DNA from: Phoronis australis
Lineage: Eukaryota; Animalia; Phoronida
Direction: 5' to 3'
Length of the DNA: 64,000 bases
Assembly (NCBI GenBank): GCA_002633005.1
Contig: NMRA01000650.1
Span: 119,260 to 183,259 of the forward strand
Below are positions 24,301 to 33,900 of the stretch, one piece after another; the stretch's first letter is position 1; every line of letters begins with the position of its first letter. The notes beneath the pieces were generated by a model that was given only the letters and a program-made list of their open reading frames with translations, ran no database searches and was not told the DNA's origin. The position numbers were made by a program, and so were the translations under genes.

Positions 24301-27300
24301 CTACTTAGAAGTAAGGTTTTCAATCTGAACATTTGGCTACAAATAAACTGCTTACCCAATAATAAATACGTTTTTAAATTTTCCCTTTTCATCAAAAAAG
24401 CCATAATTTATATTGTTGCATGAAAAAGTGCCGACACACTGGGGATTTGCTTTGTTTAAAATTTCATTATTGTGTCCAGAATGAATTTACAGTTTCACAT
24501 TCCCAAAATGAGCGTTTCAAAGTCTCTTTTTATTGTCCACAAAAGGAACAAGTGTCGTCATTCGTAACTTGAATTATTTTTAAAAACGAGTTGCTAGTCA
24601 AAATTCTCGTCAAGAGTCTGAATAGAAGCCACCTAATTCTTGGGTCTCTTGTTATGTTACATAGAAGGGAATTGATAAACCTCTTCCCATGATTTTTTTC
24701 GTATTTACTTTAAGTTCTTTTGCCGACTTTGACCCGGCTTTTGAAACTTCGGAACTATAATTTAATTGTGTACAAATATGTTGACACCCTCTCCCACAAC
24801 TTTTCCGTTTCATTAAAATCTTTGGTACGACAGGATGATACGTATGAAAACTAACATCTGTATCAATAGAACATTTCTGCTGGTGCTTAAATATCACTGA
24901 CATTAGACTGTTATGATTCATTAAGTTCATTTGATAGTTAAAACATCCACAGTAAATCAATAGTTCAAAATATTACCGTTAGGGGAAAACAAGTCCTTTA
25001 TCATAAAGAATATGCCTCCATAGTACCAACTGCTGCACAAAATACTTTTTGCTCCTGCCTCCATTCATCTATCTGATTTTTGATTTCCAAACAATTTCCA
25101 AAGGAGATAACACATTCAAATATCTTTCCACAATCAAAATTAGGCAAATTTATCTCAAGAAAGTAAACTCCATACTTGGCAAAAATTTTAATCTCTGGAA
25201 AACTCAAATGAAACAAACTTAGACTGACCGCTTACAATTTTTTAACAAGTTAATCTTTAAAGCCCTACAGAAGGAAAATATGTTAATGCTTCTAATACCT
25301 CCTTCATTACGATTACAAACAGTTCGGTAGCGCTTAATTTTGTCACTTCCACCTTGCCAGAGGAATTCAAAGAAAATTGAGTTTAGTTTTTCTTAAATAT
25401 GTTTCGAAGACTGTGGCAAGGATACAGGGTATCTGAAGATTGACAATTTTTAAACCGCAAGCGCTTTCATTGCTGTGATCCTCCAAAAAGGTGTCAAATT
25501 TCTTTTGGAACAGTTTTTCAAAATTAATGCAATATCTTTCATTTTCGCCAAGTAATTTTGGTTTGCCAGATTGTAGTTGTAGTTGTGATTTTCTGTTCTT
25601 TATGCCTGGAAATCTATTACGTTCTTTGATGGGTGTTCCTGAAATTCTGTAAAAAGTTGCAATCCCGAGACCTGCCTCGCTTGGATTTCACCTGTCGTTT
25701 TTTTGTTTTGCTGTGCCCTACATGTTTGTTGTCTAGTTCTAGCCCTAATTTCTTAGAGGATTAATCAGAAAGGCAGGTGTGCCCCTGTTGAAGAGGGCAT
25801 TCCTGAATTGTTTTGGCCTCCTTGAAGGCTAAGCTTACTAGTGTCGCTCTATTCCCTGGTGGTGTATCAAATAATGACACTTTGGTATGCGTGGACTGGA
25901 ATCCACACAGCGGGTGTGCAAATCGACGTCCCACGATGCTGTTGTTTATCTAGTGCTGACGGAGATACCTTTAACACGACACAAATCCTGATCTCGTAAT
26001 CCAATATCTCAAGGGTTGGGATATAAGCGTTCTAGTACTCAAAATAATATTTTAAAATATGCACTTTCGTTCCCCTTTTCTGTGAATTCCGGCCAGGCAA
26101 ATGTCCATTATACTGTGCTAAAGTTCAGTTGTGCTAAAATTCAGTACCATGTGTGAAAATGGTGTTATAGTCTCAAGTTCGCTTCTCATGGGCACTAGAC
26201 TCGAGCTAAAACTAGGAATGAAAACTCGAGATTTCATGTAAAAACTCAATCTTCAAACCTCTCAATTAAGGTGATTAACTGCAAACTATTTTTATAATGT
26301 CTGAAACACGACGTACCATCCCGTTTTTTTTCGCCAAAAATTGGGTTTTGTGATGAGCAACCTTCACTCAGATTTATTTGTGCAGGTGTGATTTTATATT
26401 TAAGTGGTCGTGAATGTTTTTTTTTGTTTCCAGACCAGTAATACTACAGAACATAACAGACACTGGGCAACTTCTCAAAGAGCTTGACAAACAAGCGGTC
26501 ATTGCAGTTGGGGATTATAGGAAGTTAATCAATATGCTGGACCTGCTCAATCTGAACGCAATTAAGAGACGAGTGGAAGAACTGGCGCGTGATATAAGTG
26601 CACTTGGTATGAGAGATTATGTTGACCTACTTCCCATGAACACTCAACTGCCACCTGTATAGATGTAACTGTCACGTGATATAAGTGCACTTAAGTTGGT
26701 ATCAGAGATGATGTTGATATTCTGTACATCTATTGAACACTCAGCTCCCACTTGTACAGATGTACTCTGTAGGTTGCCATTTATCATCGAAGCTATGAAT
26801 GTTTTTTAATTTGAGCTTCGTAATTGCCACCTAATTACTCTCAGGATAACAGTACGTAAAAGTATAACCAGGGAGAGAAACTAAAATGCGATGATTTTAA
26901 AGAAAACACCCTACTGATACAGTTAAGAACAGGGGGGAATATAAACCCATAGCAATTCCAGTTATTACCTAAATACGAAACAATGTATGCTGTTTGTTTA
27001 TTGTAAACACGGATTATTACCATACTCATTTACATAAAAATAGTCTCACATAATGAGACTTTCGGTTCTCAAATGGTTTTCATAACGAGCTAGGGTGTTT
27101 GTGAATTAGAACTTCATTTTAGTATTTATAATTTAAGTTGCTTTTCATTGTAAATTCCTCATTTTATCGTGCATGAACTTTGTGCAGCAGAAAACGCTTT
27201 AAGTGTGCATGAGTGGCAGTGTCTAGTACATTGTCAAGCTGAGGTGTACCGGTTAAATGCCAAGTTTGCCTTCGCAACAGTTGTGATATATTAATGCCAT

Positions 27301-27336
27301 TTACTAAGTGTGTTGGTCATTTTTTCAGGTGTATAA
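265..27336 (+). CDS. Spliced gene model (5'-partial): DED - linker - ZU5 - UPA-like - DED death-fold adaptor, join(265-376, 8418-8590, 12673-12780, 13211-13255, 14301-15154, 18762-18816, 22699-22810, 26434-26606, 27329-27336); alternative last two exons 29749-29921 and 30659-30666
   Basis: Every exon has a pyrimidine-rich AG acceptor and every internal exon a GT donor. Intron phases 1|2|1|1|1|0|1|2|1 chain into one frame of 1640 nt (+1 upstream nt = 546 codons + TAA) with no internal stop. The first exon starts in phase 1, so the start codon is upstream of the window. Confidence 0.8.
1845..3086 (+). mobile_element. 5'-truncated non-LTR retrotransposon (R1/LOA-like, I group) with intact RNase H and CCHC zinc knuckle
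   Basis: ORF 1907-2971 (open back to ~1850) has RNase H motifs YTDGSK, FQAEI, SDSQAA and WVRAHVGIDGNENAD, plus LTGHC and CPEC-x8-H-x4-C. It is flanked by the TSD TAAAGATTTT (1835-1844 and 3087-3096). No RT core is present. Confidence 0.92.
6290..7270. mobile_element. Non-coding interspersed element nested in the Harbinger copy (possibly Helentron-associated)
   Basis: It interrupts the transposase region. It carries motifs common in invertebrate non-autonomous elements (AAAATGGCCGCC, TGCAAAAATTCA, GGTGGCGCT) and ends in a short hairpin. Boundaries are approximate. Confidence 0.4.
7340..8036. repeat. Direct duplication of ~348 bp either side of n at 7688 (probable assembly overlap)
   Basis: 7340-7687 and 7689-8036 are nearly identical and abut a single n. 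Confidence 0.9.
8418..8590 (+). CDS. Exon: DED1 helices 3-6 (PATLQNMTNTRELLEQLQRQAIINVGEYSKLTDMLHQLHLEELKDRVEKL...)
   Basis: ttttcag|ACC...GCAG|gtatga. 173 nt, phase 2-1. The ELLEQL...I....Y..L..ML..L...L...V pattern is DED-like. Confidence 0.85.
12673..12780 (+). CDS. Exon: acidic linker (EPHVRGDIERQISDMCVDADELEYDYGKGQKLDTTA)
   Basis: tattacag|AG...GCAG|gtctgc. 108 nt, symmetric phase 1-1, open in the required frame. Confidence 0.65.
13211..13255 (+). CDS. Micro-exon: linker (GLKIDAGSSLQMEKE)
   Basis: gtttgttcccattag|GA...GAAG|gtgaag. 45 nt, phase 1-1. The donor is only moderately strong. Confidence 0.55.
14066..14160. mobile_element. 95-bp hairpin / miniature inverted-repeat element
   Basis: GTCTGATATAGCGTGCCCGAATTTTGAAAACCGGTT is the near reverse complement of AACTGGTTCTGAAAATACGGGCACGTTATATCAGAC. 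Confidence 0.75.
14301..15154 (+). CDS. Exon: ZU5 domain followed by a Cys-containing beta-rich UPA-like region
   Basis: atccctatag|CA...GTCCAT|gtaagt. 854 nt, phase 1-0. It begins TIDGATGGVIRWKEVQLRVPPNAI (ZU5 signature GG.....V.L.(I/V)PP.A), contains FSYPIEIRM, and the ZU5 part ends at FYCKTFS, the position of the HFS motif. The UPA call rests on position and beta-strand character only. Confidence 0.8.
15509..16900. mobile_element. Non-autonomous TIR DNA transposon with 5-bp TSD (hAT5- or Transib-type)
   Basis: Perfect 22-bp termini CACGGGTGAGAAACAACATGAC extend to ~100 bp of imperfect TIR with subterminal repeats. AATAT is duplicated at 15504-15508 and 16901-16905. No transposase ORF. Confidence 0.85.
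17001..18138. repeat. Direct duplication of ~568 bp either side of n at 17569 (probable assembly overlap)
   Basis: 17001-17568 and 17570-18138 differ by scattered SNPs only. Confidence 0.9.
18762..18816 (+). CDS. Exon: Thr-rich linker (EDSAVRKELATHTTPNTT)
   Basis: tttcgttttag|GAA...ACTG|gtaaga. 55 nt, phase 0-1, exactly what is needed to join the ZU5 exon to the DED2 exon. Confidence 0.75.
20124..20243. repeat. 10-bp tandem repeat (ATTTAAGGAT)n, about 11 units
   Basis: Directly visible. Confidence 0.95.
22699..22810 (+). CDS. Exon: DED2 helices 1-2 (SPRSRAELHQLLLLEVADQLIDRDFQRLKTFCEHLI)
   Basis: attttcag|AA...ATTGT|gtaaga. 112 nt, phase 1-2, clear DED pattern, paralog of 265-376. Confidence 0.85.
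24096..24160. repeat. Imperfect (CA)n microsatellite
   Basis: Directly visible. It lies at the 3' side of the minus-strand Tx1 remnant. Confidence 0.95.
24200..25520 (-). mobile_element. Degenerate L1/Tx1-clade retrotransposon, ORF2 C-terminal part
   Basis: Minus-strand translation gives FFEFLWQGGSDKIKR...EGGIRSINIFSFCRALK (~25250-25380) and the zf-RVT-like TRDPRIRWLLFRLLTRIL...CSFCG..KETL..SFWEC..V.SFW (~24470-24650), with stops. Part of it is repeated at 28749-29150. Confidence 0.8.
26434..26606 (+). CDS. Exon: DED2 helices 3-6, version A (PVILQNITDTGQLLKELDKQAVIAVGDYRKLINMLDLLNLNAIKRRVEELARDISAL)
   Basis: gtttccag|ACC...CTTG|gtatga. 173 nt, phase 2-1, paralog of 8418-8590. Confidence 0.85.
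27329..27336 (+). CDS. Terminal coding exon, version A (G-V-stop), followed by presumed 3' UTR
   Basis: cattttttcag|GT GTA TAA. A phase 1 acceptor giving an immediate stop. Candidate AATAAA at 28393-28398. Confidence 0.5.
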
Positions 27337-29748
27337 ATCTCCCAACAACTGACGTCAGTCAGAGCTTTCCTAACCTTCACTGTGCTGGTGTGATTAAAAA
27401 CAGCCATACAGTGGGCGATCAAAGTCACGCGTGATATCACGCAGCGCCTTGAATACGTGATCGAATACAGTATATTCGTGTCGGTGATGTTGATTTGTAC
27501 GTGTGAATTTATCTTCGTCTGGATATCCGTTTATGTCTAGGTTGAATGCTTTGTAGTTGCTTCCACCTTCAGCTGATGTTGACAGCGTGGTGATAATCAA
27601 TTATTACCGTTATCAATTCACTTATACCTGTATTTTAGATGAAACGTACAACAGGATCTCATTTTACTGATTTAAACGTGGACTTCCCAAAAGCATCGTT
27701 TGAAAGGCTCTAAGGAGTTTAAACCTTCCACAATATTCATGAAAGTTGCTAGAAAGTTGAACTTTCCACAGATGACATCGCAAATGACTAAATTCATAAT
27801 AGGGTGAACGGATTTGAAATCATCAATGACTAAGTTCATTGTCACTGTCCATTGATGATCAAATGTCCATAACATTTCGCAACTTCGAAAATCAAAACCA
27901 TATTTCTATTTCTCGTGGAATACGTTATGGTGCAGGAATACCACGTTCAGGCAATGCTTTGAAAATATTAAAGTATTACTATTGAACTTCATTTTCACTG
28001 AACTAGAATAGTTTTAAGAATGTGTTTTTCAAACCTTTACAAAACACTTCTTGGCTCCTTTGGACTGTAATAACTATCTGTCGGACTTTTGTCGAGGTTT
28101 TGCGTCGCTACTGGTCGATAAAAATATGAATGTTTTGAAACTTTTGCGTAAAAACCTTGTCGAATTTTGAGCCAATGTTCTTAGACTAATCTGATTTTTT
28201 TGTTGTATGTAAGTCCAGCATCGTATGAATCAATTTCTCTGTTCCAGTTTGTAGTTATATCTAACACGGCCACACATGTGACGTATCATTATCCAATAAT
28301 AACTAAATGGCTTAAATGTAATAGAAATATGTGCAAATAGTGTAAAGCAGCACATGGACAATACCAGCTGCAATCCCTATTGTAAGACGTGTAATAAATG
28401 GTATTTGAATGTAAACTTTTAAAAAGTCAAAGGTAAAGATTTTCTGTTCGCAATAATTCAAGTGGAAAATACGCAGAGTGTCATTTGACGGTCTGCTATA
28501 GAGTAGTTTTTTCTCCGTCATGACAAAACAATGTAGTTCGCCAACGTCCACTCTCCTTACATGTATATGGTAGCAGAGCGTAGGACATATGGTGAAACTT
28601 ATATTTTATTTTTACGAGTTAAATAATTTTATTTGACCGTCTGATACCTGTTTTCCTTGCTTTCTGTGTCACTCCGCTCACTCATATGTCCAGTAATGTT
28701 TTTGCTCAGTTTATTTCAATGTCTGGGAATTTTGAATTTCTCATCTANTACACATTCAAAAATCTTTCCACAATCAAAATTAGGCAAATTTATCTCAAGA
28801 AACTAAACTCCATACTTGGCAAAAATTTTAATTTCTGGAAAACTCAAATGAAACAAACTTAGACTGACCGCTTACAATTTTTTAACATGTTAATCTTTAA
28901 AGCCCCACAGAAGGAAATTATGTTAATGCTTCTAATACCTCCTTCATTACGATTACAAACAGTTCGGGAGCGCTTAATTTTGTCACTTCCACCTTGCCAG
29001 AGGAATTCAAAGAAAATTGAGTTTAGTTTTTCTTAAATATGTTTCGAAGACTGTGGCAAGGATATGTGAAGATTGACAATTTTTAAACCACAAGCGCTTT
29101 CATTGATGTGATCCTCCAAAAAGGTGTCAAATTTCTTTTGGAACAGTTTTTCAAAATTAATGCAATATCTTTCATTTTCGCCAAGTAATTTTGGTTTGCC
29201 AGATTGTAGTTGTAGTTGTGGGTGTGCAAATCGACGTCCCACGATGCTGTTGTTTATCTAGTGCTGACGGAGATACCTTTAACACGACACAAATCCTGAT
29301 CTCGTAATCCAATATCTCATGGGCTAGGATATAAGCGTTCTAGTACTCAAAATAATATTTTAAAATATGCACTTTCGTTCCCCTTTTCTGTGAATTCCGG
29401 CCAGGTAAATGTCCATTATACTGTGCTAAAGTTCAGTTGTGCTAAAATTCAGTACCATGTGTGAAAATGGTGTTATAGTCTCAAGTTCGCTTCTCATGGG
29501 CACTAGACTCGAGCTAAAACTAGGAATGAAAACTCGAGATTTCATGTTAAAACTCAATCTTCAAACCTCTCAATTAAGGTGATTAAGTTCAAACTATTTT
29601 TATAATGTCATCCAACTGAAACACGACGTACCATCCCGGTTTTTTTCGCCAAAAATTGGGTTTTGTGATGAGCAACCTTCACTCAGATTTTTTTGAGCAG
29701 GTGTGATTTTATATTTAAGTGGTCGTGAATGTTTTTTTTTGTTTCCAG

Positions 29749-29921
29749 ACCAGCAATACTGCAGAACATAACAGACACTGGGCAACTTCTCAAAGAGCTT
29801 GAGAGAAAAGCGGTCATTGCAGTTGGGGATTATAGGAAGTTAATCAATATGCTGGACCTGCTCAATCTGAACGCGATTAAGGGACGAGTGGAGGCTCTTT
29901 CTCGTGAAATAAGCGAACCTG
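29749..29921 (+). CDS. Exon: DED2 helices 3-6, version B (PAILQNITDTGQLLKELERKAVIAVGDYRKLINMLDLLNLNAIKGRVEALSREISEP)
   Basis: Same splice sites and length as 26434-26606. Lies in the duplicated block after the n at 28748. Confidence 0.8.
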
Positions 29922-30658
29922 GTATGAGAGATAATGTTGACCTACTTCCCATGAACACTAAACTGCCACCTGTATAGATGTAACTGTCACGTGATACAAG
30001 TGCACTTAAGTTGGTATCAGAGATGATGTTGATATACTGTACATCTATTGAACACTCAGCTCCCACTTGTACAGATGTACTCTGTAGGTTGCCATTTCTC
30101 ATCGAAACTATGAATGTTTTTAAATTTGAGCTTCGAAATTGCCACCTAATTACTCTCAGGATAACAGTACGTAAAAGTATAACCAGGGAGAGAAACTAAA
30201 ATGCGATGATTTTAAAGAAAACACTCTACTGATACAATTAAGAACAGGGGGGAATATAAACCCATAGCAATTCCAGTTATTACCTAAATACGAAATAATG
30301 TATGCTGTTTGTTTATTGTAAACACGGATTATTACCATACTCATTTACATAAAAAAATTGTCTCACATAATGAGACTTTCGGTTCTCAAATGGTTTTCAT
30401 AACACCGAACGAGCTAGGGTTGTTTGTGAATTAGAACTTCATTTTAATATTTACAATTTAAGTAGCCTTTTCATTGTAAATTCCTCATTTTATCGTGCAT
30501 AAATGTACATTGTGCAGCAGAAAACGCTTTATGTGTGCATGAGTGGCAGTGTCTAGTACATTGTCAAGCTGAGGTGTACCGGTTAAATGCCAAGTTTGCC
30601 TTCAAAACAGTTGTGATATATTAATGCCATTTACTAAGCGTGTTGCTCATTTTTTCAG

Positions 30659-30666
30659 GTGTATAA
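30659..30666 (+). CDS. Terminal coding exon, version B (G-V-stop)
   Basis: cattttttcag|GT GTA TAA. Candidate AATAAA signals at 31723, 32299 and 32391. Confidence 0.5.
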
Positions 30667-32470
30667 ATCTCCCAACAACTGACGTCAGTCCCAGCTTTCC
30701 TAACCTTCACTGTGCTGGTGTGATTAAAAACAGCCATACAGTGGGCGATCAAAGTCACGCGTGATATCACGCAGCGCCTTGAAAACGTGATCGAATACAG
30801 TATGTTCGTGTCGGTGACGTTGATTTGTACGTGTGAATTTATCTTCGTCTGGATATCTGTTTATGTCTAGGTTGAATGCTTTGTAGTTACTTCCACGTTC
30901 AGCTGATGTTGACAGCGTGGTGATAATCAATTATTACCGTTATCAATTCACTTATACCTGTATTTTAGATGAAACGTACAACAGGATCTCATTTTACTGA
31001 TTTAAACGTGGACTTCCCAAAAGCATCGTTTGAAAGGCTCTAAGGAGTTTAAACCTTCCACAATATTCATGAAAGTTGCTAGAAAGTTGAACTTTCCACA
31101 GATGACATCGCAAATGACTAAATTCATAATAGGGTGAACGGATTTGAAATCATCAATGACTAAGTTCATTGTCACTGTCCATTGATGATCAAATGTCCAT
31201 AACATTTCGCAACTTCGAAAATCAAAACCATATTTCTATTTCTCGTGGAATACGTTATGGTGCAGGAATACCACGTTCAGGCAATGCTTTGAAAATATTA
31301 AAGTATTACTATTGAACTTCATTTTCACTGAACTAGAATAGTTTTAAGAATGTGTTTTTCAAACCTTTACAAAACACTTCTTGGCTCCTTTGGACTGTAA
31401 TAACTATCTGTCGGACTTTTGTCGAGGTTTTGCGTCGCTACTGGTCGATAAAAATATGAATGTTTTGAAACTTTTGCGTAAAAACCTTGTCGAATTTTGA
31501 GCCAATGTTCTTAGACTAATCTGATTTTTTTGTTGTATGTAAGTCCAGCATCGTATGAATCAATTTCTCTGTTCCAGTTTGTAGTTATATCTAACACGGC
31601 CACACATGTGACGTATCATTATCCAATAATAACTAAATGGCTTAAATGTAATAGAAATATGTGCAAATAGTGTAAAGCAGCACATGGACAATACCAGCTG
31701 CAATCCCTATTGTAAGACGTGTAATAAATGGTATTTGAATGTAAACTTTTAAAAAGTCAAAGGTAAAGATTTTCTGTTCGCAATAATTCAAGTGGAAAAT
31801 ACGCAGAGTGTCATTTGACGGTCTGCTATAGAGTAGTTTTTTCTCCGTCATGACAAAACAATGTAGTTCGCCAACGTCCACTCTCCTTACATGTATATGG
31901 TAGCAGAGCGTAGGACATATGGTGAAACTTCTATTTTATTTTTACGAGTTAAATAATTTTATTTGACCGTCTGATACCTGTTTTCCTTGCTTTCTGTGTC
32001 ACTCCGCTCACTCATATGTCCAGTAATGTTTTTGCTCAGTTTATTTCAATGTCTGGGAATTTTGAATTTCTCATCTATCCATTGTATCTTATGGAATGTT
32101 CTTTGTTTGTAAACTCAAATGTTCAGCACACCTTTCATGCCCACAATGAAGTGTTTATGATCAACCATTGTAATGTGTAACCGCGTACTACCGCCTCTAG
32201 TCTTATTTGAATGTATTTATCGATAAGCTTTACAAATATTATATAAATAGTGACCATGGATTATTATTAGTTGTAAATCTGTACCTTAACTCAATTATAA
32301 TAAATTAATTATTTTTTCTATTTCCAGCCTCTGTTTAGTCTCTGGAAACAGTCGTTTTGGACAAATTCACAATCGATACCTATGGTGACAAATAAAAGGC
32401 GCAGATAATACATAGTTTAAGTTGTACTGGGTATTTCAGGATCACAGCTTTAAAACTAAATATATCACAT

Positions 32471-32867
32471 AAGGAACCTATTGGTTCGTTAATTACAAAA
32501 GATAACACACACATTTACAATACCCAACGTGTAATTGAGTATCGGATACTAAGGGGCACAGGTTAGCATAGTACCAAATGGGTACATAATACCATATGAA
32601 TATTGGCCAATTGCCTGCAAAGTGGATCGAGCAAAACAGCAAATTCAATAAGACGTAGCAAATGGGTACAAACTGCCAAATGGGCAAATATCACATGTAG
32701 TACCAAGTGGGTACACCAAGCAGCCAACTGGGCTATAACAACCTGCAAAGCGGGTTCCGGACAAGCTGAGTTAGCAGACCAGCGGGAGTGTTAAAAAGAT
32801 ATATTGTAAGGAACCTGATGTTGTGGCTCAGTTTGTGCCACATGGGCAAGATTGTTCATGGATGAAC
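32471..32867 (+). repeat. ~400-bp interspersed repeat; inverted copy at 39632-40027
   Basis: Alignable by eye as reverse complements, e.g. GTAATTGAGTATCGGATACTAAG and CTTAGTATCCGATACTCAATTAC. Contains internal CAAATGGGTACA-type subrepeats. Confidence 0.85.
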
Positions 32868-33519
32868 AATCCTTTCCTCTGCCGCAACCTTACTATTAAG
32901 TGTTTGTGTAAACGTCACATTTCAGGAAAGGATTAGGAAGAACACCGTGTTCGTATTCATCGTAAATTTTGTGTTTTCATTGAGAGAATGGATAGAAAAT
33001 ACATGTAAGCAACCAGTTTTAACAACTTCACGTCAGGCAGATGTCACGTGCAGGTAAATATAATAGACCCATACCTCAGCTTGAAGGGTATTGATTATAT
33101 GGTGAGTTTCATCTATGTTGGAATGTTAGGTGACTTTTAAACAGTACGGCTAAACGCAGCGTAGCTGGCAAACTGAAACCTTGATTAAACCTACAGGCTG
33201 CAAGCTGTTGGCGAGCGGTTTACGGTACAACTTACATACCACCTTCTTAAAACTAGTGCCAGATTTGTCACTAGCATAACAAAAGAGCATTTGTTTGATT
33301 TCAACCGTTAGAAGCTCAGTCACAATTAGTTGTTTTCTTGGAACAAATTTAACGTGACCTGAGGTCTCTAATCACTTAGTTCAATCTTGCTTTGATCTCG
33401 TTCAGCAGATATGGAAGGCATAATTTGTTGTTTATCTACCAAAACAGATCTAAAAATGAAAAAAATAGCGGAGGGGAAAACTGACAACTTTTGTTTATAT
33501 AACCAACTTCGGCTGGAAG

Positions 33520-33900
33520 TTATTTTGTTGATGACGGATGGTGAGTCTGAGGAAATGAAGCGTAGGGAGAGTTTGTTCAAATCAGAATGTGTATGCAAAT
33601 CACTGAGATATAAGTTATCCCCATATTTTCGACTTCACTGAAGATTATGTAGGACCTTATTGAAGGACGTTATTTCAAAGTCAATTACCAAAATATCTAC
33701 GTCGCGTCAACCTGTTAATACATACATGTATAATGTCTGAAAGAAGAATGGTCGACGATTATAAAAATTCACTTGGAATGATACTTACGAGTCAATGTTA
33801 TCATAACCTGGACTCTCTTTTTTCGTGTAAGTCAAATTTTCATGTTTAATAAAGGTAAATTTCTAGCACAAATACTCTTGATTTTAATGAATCATTGAAA
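33520..33900 (+). pseudogene. Highly decayed Harbinger-like transposase fragment
   Basis: Broken motifs resembling YFRL...LL...ITK...SRQPV...FRVS. Many frameshifts. Confidence 0.3.

Larger units (their letters stand above)
25109..32077. repeat. Direct duplication of ~3.6 kb / ~3.3 kb either side of n at 28748, containing the last DED exon and the terminal exon
   Basis: Copy A 25109-28747, copy B 28749-32077. Copy B lacks the segment 25588-25912. Confidence 0.92.
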
